Notes under the pieces: generated by a model
What the model saw: the letters and a program-made list of their open reading frames with translations, nothing else
Databases searched by the model: none
Told to the model about the DNA's origin: nothing
NCBI GenBank assembly: GCA_964010765.1
Contig: CAXGMD010000075.1
Coordinates: 1-16,213 of the forward strand
Direction: 5' to 3'
DNA from: an uncultured bacterium
GTDB lineage: Bacteria > SAR324 > NAC60-12
DNA: 16,213 nt
Shown: positions 1 to 7,603 of the stretch, in pieces
Position numbering within the stretch: the stretch's first letter is position 1
Layout: every line of letters begins with the position of its first letter
Program-made: the position numbers and the translations under genes

Positions 1-104
1 AACTCCTCCCAAGGTATGAGAAAACCGACCGCTCCTACTATGCCCTCACTGCTCTAGCCGCAGCGATGATCACCCTCAACAAGGTGATCGCTATTTACGG
101 ATAA
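1..104 (+). CDS. IS5-family transposase, C-terminal fragment (5' part outside the window)
   Basis: The frame from nt 3 reads LLPRYEKTDRSYYALTALAAAMITLNKVIAIYG-stop (TAA 102-104). The R-Y-E-K...Y..L..LAAA tail matches the typical C-terminus of IS5-family DDE transposases, recognised from memory of the family. Confidence 0.8.
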   Translation, partial: LLPRYEKTDRSYYALTALAAAMITLNKVIAIYG

Positions 105-109
105 GTTCT
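1..109 (+). mobile_element. Right end of an IS5-family insertion sequence; candidate terminal inverted repeat ATTTACGGATAAGTTCT (about 93-109) followed by a TA/TAA target
   Basis: The transposase stop lies inside the candidate end sequence, followed by TAA (110-112). Composition switches abruptly from moderate GC to very AT-rich. The left end is outside the window, so the repeat cannot be confirmed. Confidence 0.65.
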
Positions 110-405
110 TAAATACTGCAAATACGCATAAATTTAGAAAGTTGATGGTTTTGAATGGTTTTTTTAAATACCTTGGTTTTATTGATGCTGCTGGATTCAG
201 ATAGTAGCCAGGTCGAATTTTAGGTCGTTTAGTCAAGAATAAATTGTGTTTTGATAATCAACAAAGTGTTCGAAATTAAGTTCATAAAATTATTCATTAA
301 AAAAGAATATCTGAGATCTGATTAATTACTACAAAAAATAACTCCAATTAGAAATAAAAATATAATCTTTAGTATTATTTTGAAAACTCAAAATCATTCG
401 GATAG

Positions 406-421
406 TGGCTTGTACCTTGCT
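406..421 (+). promoter_or_regulatory. Putative sigma54 (-24/-12) promoter of clpB
   Basis: TGGCTTGTACCTTGCT against the consensus TGGCACG-N4-TTGCW: exact GG-N10-GC spacing with 2 mismatches. It ends about 50 nt before the ATG, downstream of a long AT-rich tract. Confidence 0.6.
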
Positions 422-470
422 TGAATTCGCCTATGAATATTACTCTCTAAATTAAAGAGTTCACAAGTCA

Positions 471-3059
471 ATGAGCATTTCATTAAGTCATTTTACTCTA
501 AAAGCTGAAGAAGCATTACTGAAAGCACAGCAAATGGCGGCGGAGGGCCGTCAAGCCAAAGTAGAACCAGAGCACCTGCTCTTAAGTCTGCTGGAGCAGA
601 ATGATCCAATGATAGAGTTCTGCTTTGATAAGATCCAAGTAGAAAATGGAGTTCTTCAGCAAAAGCTCCAACTTCAGATTAGAGATTTCCCAAAAGATCA
701 GGAAAATTCTGGGCAAACCTTCATTTCAAGATCTCTTCACGGGATCATTTTGAGTGCTGAGAAAGAAGCAACTTTACTGAATGAAACCTACACTAATGTT
801 GATCATCTTTTATTGGGTTTGCTGAACTTCCATGAGGGTTTTTTAGGAGAGACTTGGAACAGTCTGGATGCTACAGCAGAACATTTGAGAAAAGAATTAT
901 CGGGCCTCTCCAAAGCAGAACAAATCATTGTTCAAGGCAGTAAATTATCTGAATCCGCAATCGAAGATTATTGTTTGGATTTGGTTGCAATGGCTCGATT
1001 GGGTGAGTTGGATCCCGTCATTGGAATGGAGGAGGAAATTCGGAATCTTATTCAAGTATTATCTCGTCGAACAAAGAACAACCCAGTTTTGCTGGGAGAA
1101 GCTGGTGTTGGCAAAACTGCCATTGTCGAGTGCCTAGCCCAACGAATTGTTCGAGGAGATGTGCCTGAGTGGTTGAAAGATCGCAGATTAGTCTCGCTAG
1201 ATCTGGCAACAATGATTGCTGGTACTACCTACAGAGGTGAGTTCGAGAAAAGGATGAAACAACTTATTCGGGAAGTTGAGGAATCCAGAGGGCGAATTCT
1301 ACTTTTTGTTGATGAGTTACACATGTTGGTAGGAGCAGGTGGAGCAGAGGGAAGTGTCGATGCTGCAAATATGCTAAAGCCAGCACTTGCGAGGGGACGC
1401 TTACGTTGTATTGGTGCAACAACCTTAAAAGAATATAAGAAGTATATTGAGAAAGATGCCCCTCTCGCCAGAAGGTTTCAGCCTATCCTCATTCGTGAAC
1501 CAAGTATTGAAGAAACAATCACAATTTTGAGAGGTTTAAGGCAAAGTTATCAATCTCATCATGGTGTCATTATCCAGGATGAGGCTCTGATATCTGCAGC
1601 ACAACTTTCTGAGCGATACTTGCGAGAGCGATTCTTACCTGATAAGGCAATTGACCTTGTGGATGAAGCAGCAGCTAGTCTTCGATTGCAGATGGATTCC
1701 ATGCCCATTGCCTTGGATAATCTGGAAAGAAGACTCAGTCAGATTCTCAACCAGATAAATACCCTTCGTCGTGAGAAAGACGAGAAATCAATTCAGCAAA
1801 GAAACTCACTGGTCCTACAAGCTGAGCAACTGCAGACTCAACAACAGATGTTGCAGAGAAAATGGCAGGATGAACGATTACTTGTTGAGAGGATTCGCCA
1901 ACTTCGTCAAGCAATCACAGAAACTCGTCAAGCAGAATGGGAAGCTCAACGTACTGGAGATCTAGATCTAGCGGCCAAACTTCATTACGAGACCTTAGAC
2001 CAACTGGAAGCACAACTTCAGGAGGCAGAATCTGATCTCAATCGGCGGGAAGAGCGACTGGTGAAAGAGGAGGTTGACGCAGAAGATATTGCACAGGTAG
2101 TTTCCAGAAGAACAGGAATTCCGATTCACAGAATGCTTGCAGATGAGAAGGAAAAACTAGTGAGGCTGGAGGAATTTCTTGAACAAAGAATTATGGGGCA
2201 AAGTGAGGCGTTGTCACGAGTGGCTAGTGCTATTCGACGCAGCAGGGCTGGTGTTCAAGATCCCCAAAGACCTATTGGCTCATTCATTTTCATGGGAAGC
2301 TCTGGTGTCGGCAAAACAGAATTAGGATTAGCCCTCGCTAACTTTTTATTTGATGATCATAAGTCTCTGATTCGGTTTGATATGTCTGAGTATATGGAAA
2401 AGCATTCAGTGAGTAGGTTACTGGGTGCAGATCCTGGATTCGTTGGATTTGAGGAAGGGGGTCTACTAACCGAAAAGGTTCGTCAATCTCCTTACTCAGT
2501 TCTACTATTTGACGAAATTGAAAAAGCGCACATCGATATCTTCAATTTGTTCCTCCAGATTTTGGATGATGGCCAATTGACTGACAGCCAGGGTAGACGT
2601 GCTGATTTTCGTAATACGCTGATTATAATGACCACCAACATCGGGCACGATTTGATGCGGGAGGATCGTAAAAAGAAAGATGTCAATGATCTTCAGAAAG
2701 AAGCCCGGCAGCTTTTATTGAATCATTTTAGACCAGAATTTCTAAATCGAATTGACGAGATCATTCCATTTAGAAACCTCTCGCTTTCACATATTCGCCA
2801 TATCTGTCGGATGCAACTTGAGCAGTTACAAACTCGACTAACTTCTCAAGGAATACAACTCGAGATGACTGAAGCAGCTGAAGTCTATCTCGCACAGCGG
2901 GGCTATGACCCTGTTTTTGGCGCGAGGCCAATGAAAAGGACCCTCCAAAGAGATGTTCAAGATCCCATTGCAATCCGACTTCTCGACGGAGAACTCCAGT
3001 CAGGGATGACAATTCAGTTAGATGCCTCCCAAAATAAACTGCATTTCAAAATCAGTTGA
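471..3059 (+). CDS. clpB: ATP-dependent disaggregase ClpB (divergent)
   Basis: 862 aa with a Clp N-terminal domain, NBD1 ([38 protein letters not shown]), a long coiled-coil M-domain and NBD2 ([46 protein letters not shown]). There is no IGF ClpP-docking loop. Confidence 0.93.
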   Translation: MSISLSHFTLKAEEALLKAQQMAAEGRQAKVEPEHLLLSLLEQNDPMIEFCFDKIQVENGVLQQKLQLQIRDFPKDQENSGQTFISRSLHGIILSAEKEATLLNETYTNVDHLLLGLLNFHEGFLGETWNSLDATAEHLRKELSGLSKAEQIIVQGSKLSESAIEDYCLDLVAMARLGELDPVIGMEEEIRNLIQVLSRRTKNNPVLLGEAGVGKTAIVECLAQRIVRGDVPEWLKDRRLVSLDLATMIAGTTYRGEFEKRMKQLIREVEESRGRILLFVDELHMLVGAGGAEGSVDAANMLKPALARGRLRCIGATTLKEYKKYIEKDAPLARRFQPILIREPSIEETITILRGLRQSYQSHHGVIIQDEALISAAQLSERYLRERFLPDKAIDLVDEAAASLRLQMDSMPIALDNLERRLSQILNQINTLRREKDEKSIQQRNSLVLQAEQLQTQQQMLQRKWQDERLLVERIRQLRQAITETRQAEWEAQRTGDLDLAAKLHYETLDQLEAQLQEAESDLNRREERLVKEEVDAEDIAQVVSRRTGIPIHRMLADEKEKLVRLEEFLEQRIMGQSEALSRVASAIRRSRAGVQDPQRPIGSFIFMGSSGVGKTELGLALANFLFDDHKSLIRFDMSEYMEKHSVSRLLGADPGFVGFEEGGLLTEKVRQSPYSVLLFDEIEKAHIDIFNLFLQILDDGQLTDSQGRRADFRNTLIIMTTNIGHDLMREDRKKKDVNDLQKEARQLLLNHFRPEFLNRIDEIIPFRNLSLSHIRHICRMQLEQLQTRLTSQGIQLEMTEAAEVYLAQRGYDPVFGARPMKRTLQRDVQDPIAIRLLDGELQSGMTIQLDASQNKLHFKIS

Positions 3060-3164
3060 AAGCTGATCTACCAAAGATCAAACCTTCCATTAGTCTTTGC
3101 TGCCCTCAATTTTATCTATGATTTCAAGTTGCTTGAGCTTTCCACTCAGGCTGTAAATACTGTC

Positions 3165-3178
3165 TTGGAACATTCCAA
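3165..3178. promoter_or_regulatory. Operator-like dyad TTGGAA-CA-TTCCAA upstream of the SCO gene
   Basis: Perfect 6-2-6 inverted repeat 20 nt before the ATG, directly after a candidate -10 element (TACTGT, 3158-3163). Confidence 0.35.
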
Positions 3179-3198
3179 TCCTTTCATGAGTTGCTCGA

Positions 3199-3765
3199 AT
3201 GCGTTTATTTTTTTTAACTTTCTTTTGTGCATGGTCTGTTGTCTCCACAGCCGCGAGTTTAGATGTTTACGACACAATTGGTGGAGATTTTGAGTTAAAT
3301 AGTACCCTAGGTAAGAAAATTGGGCCTCAGAGCTTTAGAGGAAAGGTGCTTCTAGTTTTTTTCGGATATACATCTTGCCCGGATATTTGCCCCATTACTC
3401 TTACAACAATCAAAAATGCACTGGAAGACTTAGAGATTAAAGAATTGGAGCAGGTACAACCTCTTTTCATTTCTGTTGATCCAGAGAGAGATACGTTGGA
3501 AGGAATGAAGCAATTTTTGACCTTTTTCCATTCTTCACTTGTGGGCGTTACCGGCAGTGCCGAGGAATTGAAGGCGATCACAAAGAAGTTTGGAGCTGCC
3601 TACATGAAGGATACCCGTTCCCAATCAGCGGCGGACTTTCTAATTGCGCATTCTGGCTATATTTATCTCATGGACCAGCAAGGGAGAACACGAGCACTCT
3701 ACCGGACGTCCAACAAAGCTGAGGAGATGGTGGAAGGAATTCGTAAGTTACTGCGCGAAGAATGA
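3199..3765 (+). CDS. SCO1/SenC-family copper chaperone (thioredoxin fold), exported
   Basis: 188 aa with an N-terminal signal-like segment, GGDFEL, FFGYTSCPDICP (CxxxC), FISVDPERDT and a distal His in IAHSGYIYLMD. Confidence 0.93.
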   Translation: MRLFFLTFFCAWSVVSTAASLDVYDTIGGDFELNSTLGKKIGPQSFRGKVLLVFFGYTSCPDICPITLTTIKNALEDLEIKELEQVQPLFISVDPERDTLEGMKQFLTFFHSSLVGVTGSAEELKAITKKFGAAYMKDTRSQSAADFLIAHSGYIYLMDQQGRTRALYRTSNKAEEMVEGIRKLLREE

Positions 3766-4805
3766 ATTTTTATAAATTTTCACCTAGAACGAAAATGCAA
3801 ATTCTTATTTTGGGTATTCTGGCTCTCTGGGGTGGGTATAGCCTAATTCCAGCTAATGAAGAAAGTTTAGAAAAGAAATTTGTCTTGGCTGCTGGAGAAA
3901 ATAAAGAAGTTTGTTTAACAGTCTACCCAGACCAAGAATTGAATTTAACTTTTGCTGCCACGGAGCCGGTTTATTACGACATCCATACCCACGATGAAGA
4001 CGAAGTGACTTACCATAGATATGAAAATCCAACTGTACACTCAAAAAGTGAACTCAACCCGAATAAAAAAGACTACTTCTGTGCCCAATGGAAAAATCAA
4101 GGACAAGGTGTGGCGGAGGTTGTTTACCAATTAGAGGTTAAACCAATTGATCCAGATGGGAACTATCTTCGGAGAAATGTTGTTTTTAAGGTAGATCAAA
4201 ATTCTCCCAAAACGATTCAAGTTTTTGAGGAAAATTCTGAAAATTTGCTCAATAGTTTCAATTTACCATCAGAGGTGCAGAACTTTGCTCTAAGTGCCGC
4301 TGAAGATCAATTGACAGTTCTTCTGGCTAGAGAGGTTCAATTGATCAGCGTAAAAGACGGATCACTGCTCAAGCGCATCTCAGTCAATGATTTTCCAAGT
4401 TTTATAAGTTTGAGCAAAAGCGGCGAAAACTTGCTGCTTGGAAACGAACATCAACCAAAGATTCATTTAATAAATCTGAACAACTTTGAGCAAACTGAAC
4501 TCCAAATTCCTGCTCCACCAAAATCTATTCTGAACGATATAAATTCTGATGATCTGCTGGTTCGAACTGATGATGAAGTTCTGCGTATCAGTCTTTCCCC
4601 ATTTCAGATCGTTGAACGACAAGCAAGGATTCCGCTCAAAATTGGGGAGGAGGTCCAGTTGGTGGATCCCTATGCCTGGTGCTTCGTCCATGGAGTACCT
4701 CACCCACTTTTTGCCCCAGTGTCCCCCGCAATGAGCAAAGCTGGTTTGCCTGGCTCGTGGTTGCAGCCAACCAATCAGGATAACCTCCAGGCATCATCAA
4801 AATGA
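3762..4805 (+). CDS. Hypothetical exported or membrane-anchored protein: beta-rich N-domain with DIHTH, partial YVTN/YncE-like propeller repeats, C-terminal CxxHxxxH
   Basis: 347 aa with ATGA overlaps to both neighbours and a hydrophobic segment at residues 13-31. About 40-aa beta repeats span residues 140-290, and WCFVHGVPHP lies at 306-315. Confidence 0.75.
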   Translation: MNFYKFSPRTKMQILILGILALWGGYSLIPANEESLEKKFVLAAGENKEVCLTVYPDQELNLTFAATEPVYYDIHTHDEDEVTYHRYENPTVHSKSELNPNKKDYFCAQWKNQGQGVAEVVYQLEVKPIDPDGNYLRRNVVFKVDQNSPKTIQVFEENSENLLNSFNLPSEVQNFALSAAEDQLTVLLAREVQLISVKDGSLLKRISVNDFPSFISLSKSGENLLLGNEHQPKIHLINLNNFEQTELQIPAPPKSILNDINSDDLLVRTDDEVLRISLSPFQIVERQARIPLKIGEEVQLVDPYAWCFVHGVPHPLFAPVSPAMSKAGLPGSWLQPTNQDNLQASSK

Positions 4806-6373
4806 TTCGGGTCGAAAATCTTTCAATCCAGTTCCAGCAAGGCAATCAAAAAGTTGAAGCTGTCAAAGGAATCTCCTTTGAGGTGGGTTCACAGGAAACG
4901 GTAGCTTTGGTCGGAGAAAGTGGTTCTGGCAAATCAGTGACGGCTCATGCCGCTTTAAAGCTTTTACCTCCCCAAGCCCACTGTGCTGGAAAGATTTGGC
5001 TTGGTGAAGAGGATCTACTGGATGCCTCAGAATCAAGGATGCGGCAAGTGAGAGGACAGGAAATTGGGATGATCTTCCAAGAACCTATGACATCCCTCAA
5101 CCCCCTGCATACGATTGGAAATCAGATAAGCGAAGCAGTCCTTTGGCATCATGGTGTGAGCCAGTCTAAAGCTGAAACCTTGGCTTTGGACTGGCTTGAG
5201 CGAGTCGAAATTCCACAAGCCAAGCAACGGTTGCGATCCTACCCTCATGAACTTTCAGGAGGGCAGCGTCAACGTGTGATGATTGCGATGGCATTGGTCA
5301 ATAATCCTAGGCTGCTGATCGCTGATGAGCCCACTACTGCTCTGGATGTGACGATTCAGGCTCAGATCCTGGATTTGCTGAAAACGCTTCAGCAGGATAT
5401 GGGCATGTCAGTTCTTCTGATCACTCATGACTTGGGAATAGTTAAACATCATTCAGACCGAGTAATTGTTCTCTACAATGGAGTCTTGCAGGAAACTAAC
5501 GCTACTAAAGCCCTTTTTGCCAACCCCACTCAGCCCTATACAAAAAAACTTCTGGACTCTGAACCGTCTGGTGAACCAGCTAAAATGTTGGAGGGCGCTG
5601 AAACAATTCTGAGTGTTGAAAATTTGAAGGTTTGGTTCCCAATTAAGCGTGGAATCCTGCAGAGGACAGTCGCTCACATCAAGGCAGTCGATGGTGTGAC
5701 TTTCTCAATTAGCGAGGGACAGTCGCTCGGTGTAGTTGGTGAAAGTGGATCTGGTAAATCTACTTTGGGAATGGCTTTGCTTCGTCTGATCAGTAGCGAT
5801 GGGAAAATTTGGTTTCAACAGCATGAATTGGATAGTCTTAATCGTCTTCAAATGCGTCCATTCCGCAAAAAAATGCAGGTCGTTTTTCAAGATCCTTTTG
5901 GAAGTCTTAGCCCAAGAATGTCAGTGGGCGATATCATTGCGGAAGGCTTAAGATTGCATGGAGACACTTCTGTAGATGAACAGGAAAGACGAGTTGTAGA
6001 AGTGATGCAGGAAGTCGGACTGAATCCCGAACTTCGTTTTAGGTATCCCCATGAATTTTCTGGTGGTCAACGGCAAAGAATTGCCATAGCACGGGCGTTG
6101 GTCTTGCACCCTCAATTTTTGATTTTAGATGAACCAACTTCGTCCCTGGACCGCTCTGTTCAAGGGCAGGTACTTGATTTACTAAGAGACCTTCAAGAAA
6201 AGTATAAATTGACCTACCTTTTCATCTCGCATGACCTGAAAGTAATAAAAGCAATTTGTCATGATGTTCTGGTGATGAGAGGAGGTGAAGTTGTGGAATC
6301 AGGCCCCGCGGAAGTTGTACTCAACCATCCAAAGCATGAATATACACGATTGTTGGTAGACGCTGTTCTGTAG
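4802..6373 (+). CDS. yejF: Peptide/nickel ABC transporter ATP-binding protein with two fused NBDs (YejF-like)
   Basis: 523 aa with two GESGSGKS Walker A motifs, FQEPMTSLNP and FQDPFGSLSPR, LSGGQRQR and FSGGQRQR signatures, DEPT Walker B twice, and ITHDL/ISHDL H-loops. Confidence 0.88.
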   Translation: MIRVENLSIQFQQGNQKVEAVKGISFEVGSQETVALVGESGSGKSVTAHAALKLLPPQAHCAGKIWLGEEDLLDASESRMRQVRGQEIGMIFQEPMTSLNPLHTIGNQISEAVLWHHGVSQSKAETLALDWLERVEIPQAKQRLRSYPHELSGGQRQRVMIAMALVNNPRLLIADEPTTALDVTIQAQILDLLKTLQQDMGMSVLLITHDLGIVKHHSDRVIVLYNGVLQETNATKALFANPTQPYTKKLLDSEPSGEPAKMLEGAETILSVENLKVWFPIKRGILQRTVAHIKAVDGVTFSISEGQSLGVVGESGSGKSTLGMALLRLISSDGKIWFQQHELDSLNRLQMRPFRKKMQVVFQDPFGSLSPRMSVGDIIAEGLRLHGDTSVDEQERRVVEVMQEVGLNPELRFRYPHEFSGGQRQRIAIARALVLHPQFLILDEPTSSLDRSVQGQVLDLLRDLQEKYKLTYLFISHDLKVIKAICHDVLVMRGGEVVESGPAEVVLNHPKHEYTRLLVDAVL

Positions 6374-6395
6374 TTAGAGCTTATTAGGAGAAGCC

Positions 6396-7463
6396 TTGGC
6401 CGAACAAGATGGTCAGGAGAAAACGGAAGCGCCGACTGAACGCAAGCGGGAAAAAGCCCGCGAAGATGGTCAGGTTGCTTCCAGTAAAGAATTACCCTCA
6501 GCCGCATTATTAGCAGCTGCTACCCTCTCCTTCATGGTGATGGGGCAGAATATCCTCACTGCTGCTCAAAATATGTTTGCTGACATCATGAGAGAGCCCA
6601 TTCGTTCAGATATGAATGTTAATGTGCTCTATGATCTGATGGCGACATCTGTCAGCAAAATTCTCATTCCTTTCATCCCTTTTGCGATTCTTCTTGTAGT
6701 CGTAGCTATTTTTTCATCAATTCTTCAGGTCGGTGTTCGCTTCACTCTAAAACCCATAGCTCCAAAATTTAGCAAGTTAAGTCCTTTCCAGGGGCTTAAG
6801 CGAATTTTTGGAACTCAAGGGTTGATGGAATTGCTGAAGAGCCTGGCAAAATTACTGCTCATTGGCTTCATTGGTTTCATCACTTTCGAAGAGGAAATGG
6901 GGAGGATCAATGCGCTTGCGTTGATTACACCGGCTCAGATTGTATTCTATAATTTCTCTGTCATCATCGAAGTCACAGGGCGAATGGTTTTAGCCCTGAT
7001 TGCGATTGCAATTTTTGATTTCATGTATCAGCGCTGGCATTTCGAACAGCAGCTCAAAATGACCAAGCAGGAAGTTAAGGATGAAGCCAAGCAGTCAGAG
7101 GGTGATCCTCAGTTAAAAGCTAGAATTCGCCAGATCCAGAGAGAAATGTCGAATGCTCGGATGATGCAGGAGGTCCCAAAAGCTGATGCAATCGTTGTAA
7201 ATCCAACGCACTATGCCGTAGCACTGAAATATGATCGAGAGAGTATGAATGCACCTCAAGTAGTTGCAAAGGGTGTAGATTACATGGCACTTCGGATAAG
7301 AAAAGTAGCCGATCAAAATGATGTTCCAATTCTGGAAAGACCCCAATTGGCGAGGGATCTTTATGCAGGTGTGGAAATTGGACAGGTAATCCCGGAACGT
7401 TTTTTTAAAGCAGTTGCAGAAATTCTTGCCTACGTTTATCGTCTCCAAAGAAAGAAAAGATAA
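6396..7463 (+). CDS. flhB: Flagellar export substrate-specificity switch FlhB
   Basis: 355 aa with a TTG start after AGGAG (6386-6390). Motifs: EKTEAPTERK, four hydrophobic segments, KMTKQEVKDE...EGDP, the autocleavage motif NPTH, and AVAEILAYVY. Confidence 0.97.
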   Translation: MAEQDGQEKTEAPTERKREKAREDGQVASSKELPSAALLAAATLSFMVMGQNILTAAQNMFADIMREPIRSDMNVNVLYDLMATSVSKILIPFIPFAILLVVVAIFSSILQVGVRFTLKPIAPKFSKLSPFQGLKRIFGTQGLMELLKSLAKLLLIGFIGFITFEEEMGRINALALITPAQIVFYNFSVIIEVTGRMVLALIAIAIFDFMYQRWHFEQQLKMTKQEVKDEAKQSEGDPQLKARIRQIQREMSNARMMQEVPKADAIVVNPTHYAVALKYDRESMNAPQVVAKGVDYMALRIRKVADQNDVPILERPQLARDLYAGVEIGQVIPERFFKAVAEILAYVYRLQRKKR

Positions 7464-7473
7464 AAATGATTTG

Positions 7474-7489
7474 CCACAGAAAGCTGTGG
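7474..7489. other. Short inverted repeat CCACAG-AAAG-CTGTGG after flhB
   Basis: Perfect 6-bp stem 10 nt after the flhB stop. It lacks a good U-tract, so it may be a protein-binding dyad or an mRNA stability hairpin rather than an intrinsic terminator. Confidence 0.35.
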
Positions 7490-7503
7490 ATTCACCCTTC
7501 TAT

Positions 7504-7519
7504 TGGGGTAAAAATTGCA
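7504..7519 (+). promoter_or_regulatory. Putative sigma54 promoter of flhA-flhF-flhG-fliA
   Basis: TGGGGTAAAAATTGCA has TGG-N8-TTGCA with exact GG-N10-GC spacing, in the only large gap of the flagellar run. The CACG after GG is absent. Confidence 0.5.
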
Positions 7520-7603
7520 AGATGCCCACAAATTTATTCAATTTAGCAAATTAGTGATTTTAGATTATCATCAATTAGTTATTTCTATTTTGGGAATTAT
7601 TAG

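Noticed and set aside
62..92. Hairpin GATCACC-N8-GGTGATC near the window start
   Set aside because: It lies inside the transposase coding tail and has no U-tract, so it cannot be called a terminator or ncRNA.
54..236. 60-aa minus-strand ORF from the ORF track
   Set aside because: It is antisense to the transposase tail, crosses the IS end into AT-rich intergenic DNA and has no recognisable motif.
247..265. Fur-box or FNR-box reading of TTGATAATCAA
   Set aside because: About 11 of 19 positions match the Fur consensus in AT-rich DNA, and the spacer is 1 nt rather than the 4 nt FNR requires. Kept only as an unassigned dyad.
439..465. CIRCE-like CTC-N9-GAG just before clpB
   Set aside because: Only about 11 of 18 positions match TTAGCACTC-N9-GAGTGCTAA, too degenerate to call.
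471..3059. ClpV/TssH (type VI secretion), ClpA or ClpC identity
   Set aside because: It has a full-length ClpB-type M-domain, no IGF loop and no T6SS genes nearby.
7464..7560. Cyclic di-GMP riboswitch upstream of flhA
   Set aside because: A GAAA-containing hairpin is present, but the conserved GGCAAA...GACGCAAAG core and the second stem with its tetraloop receptor are missing.
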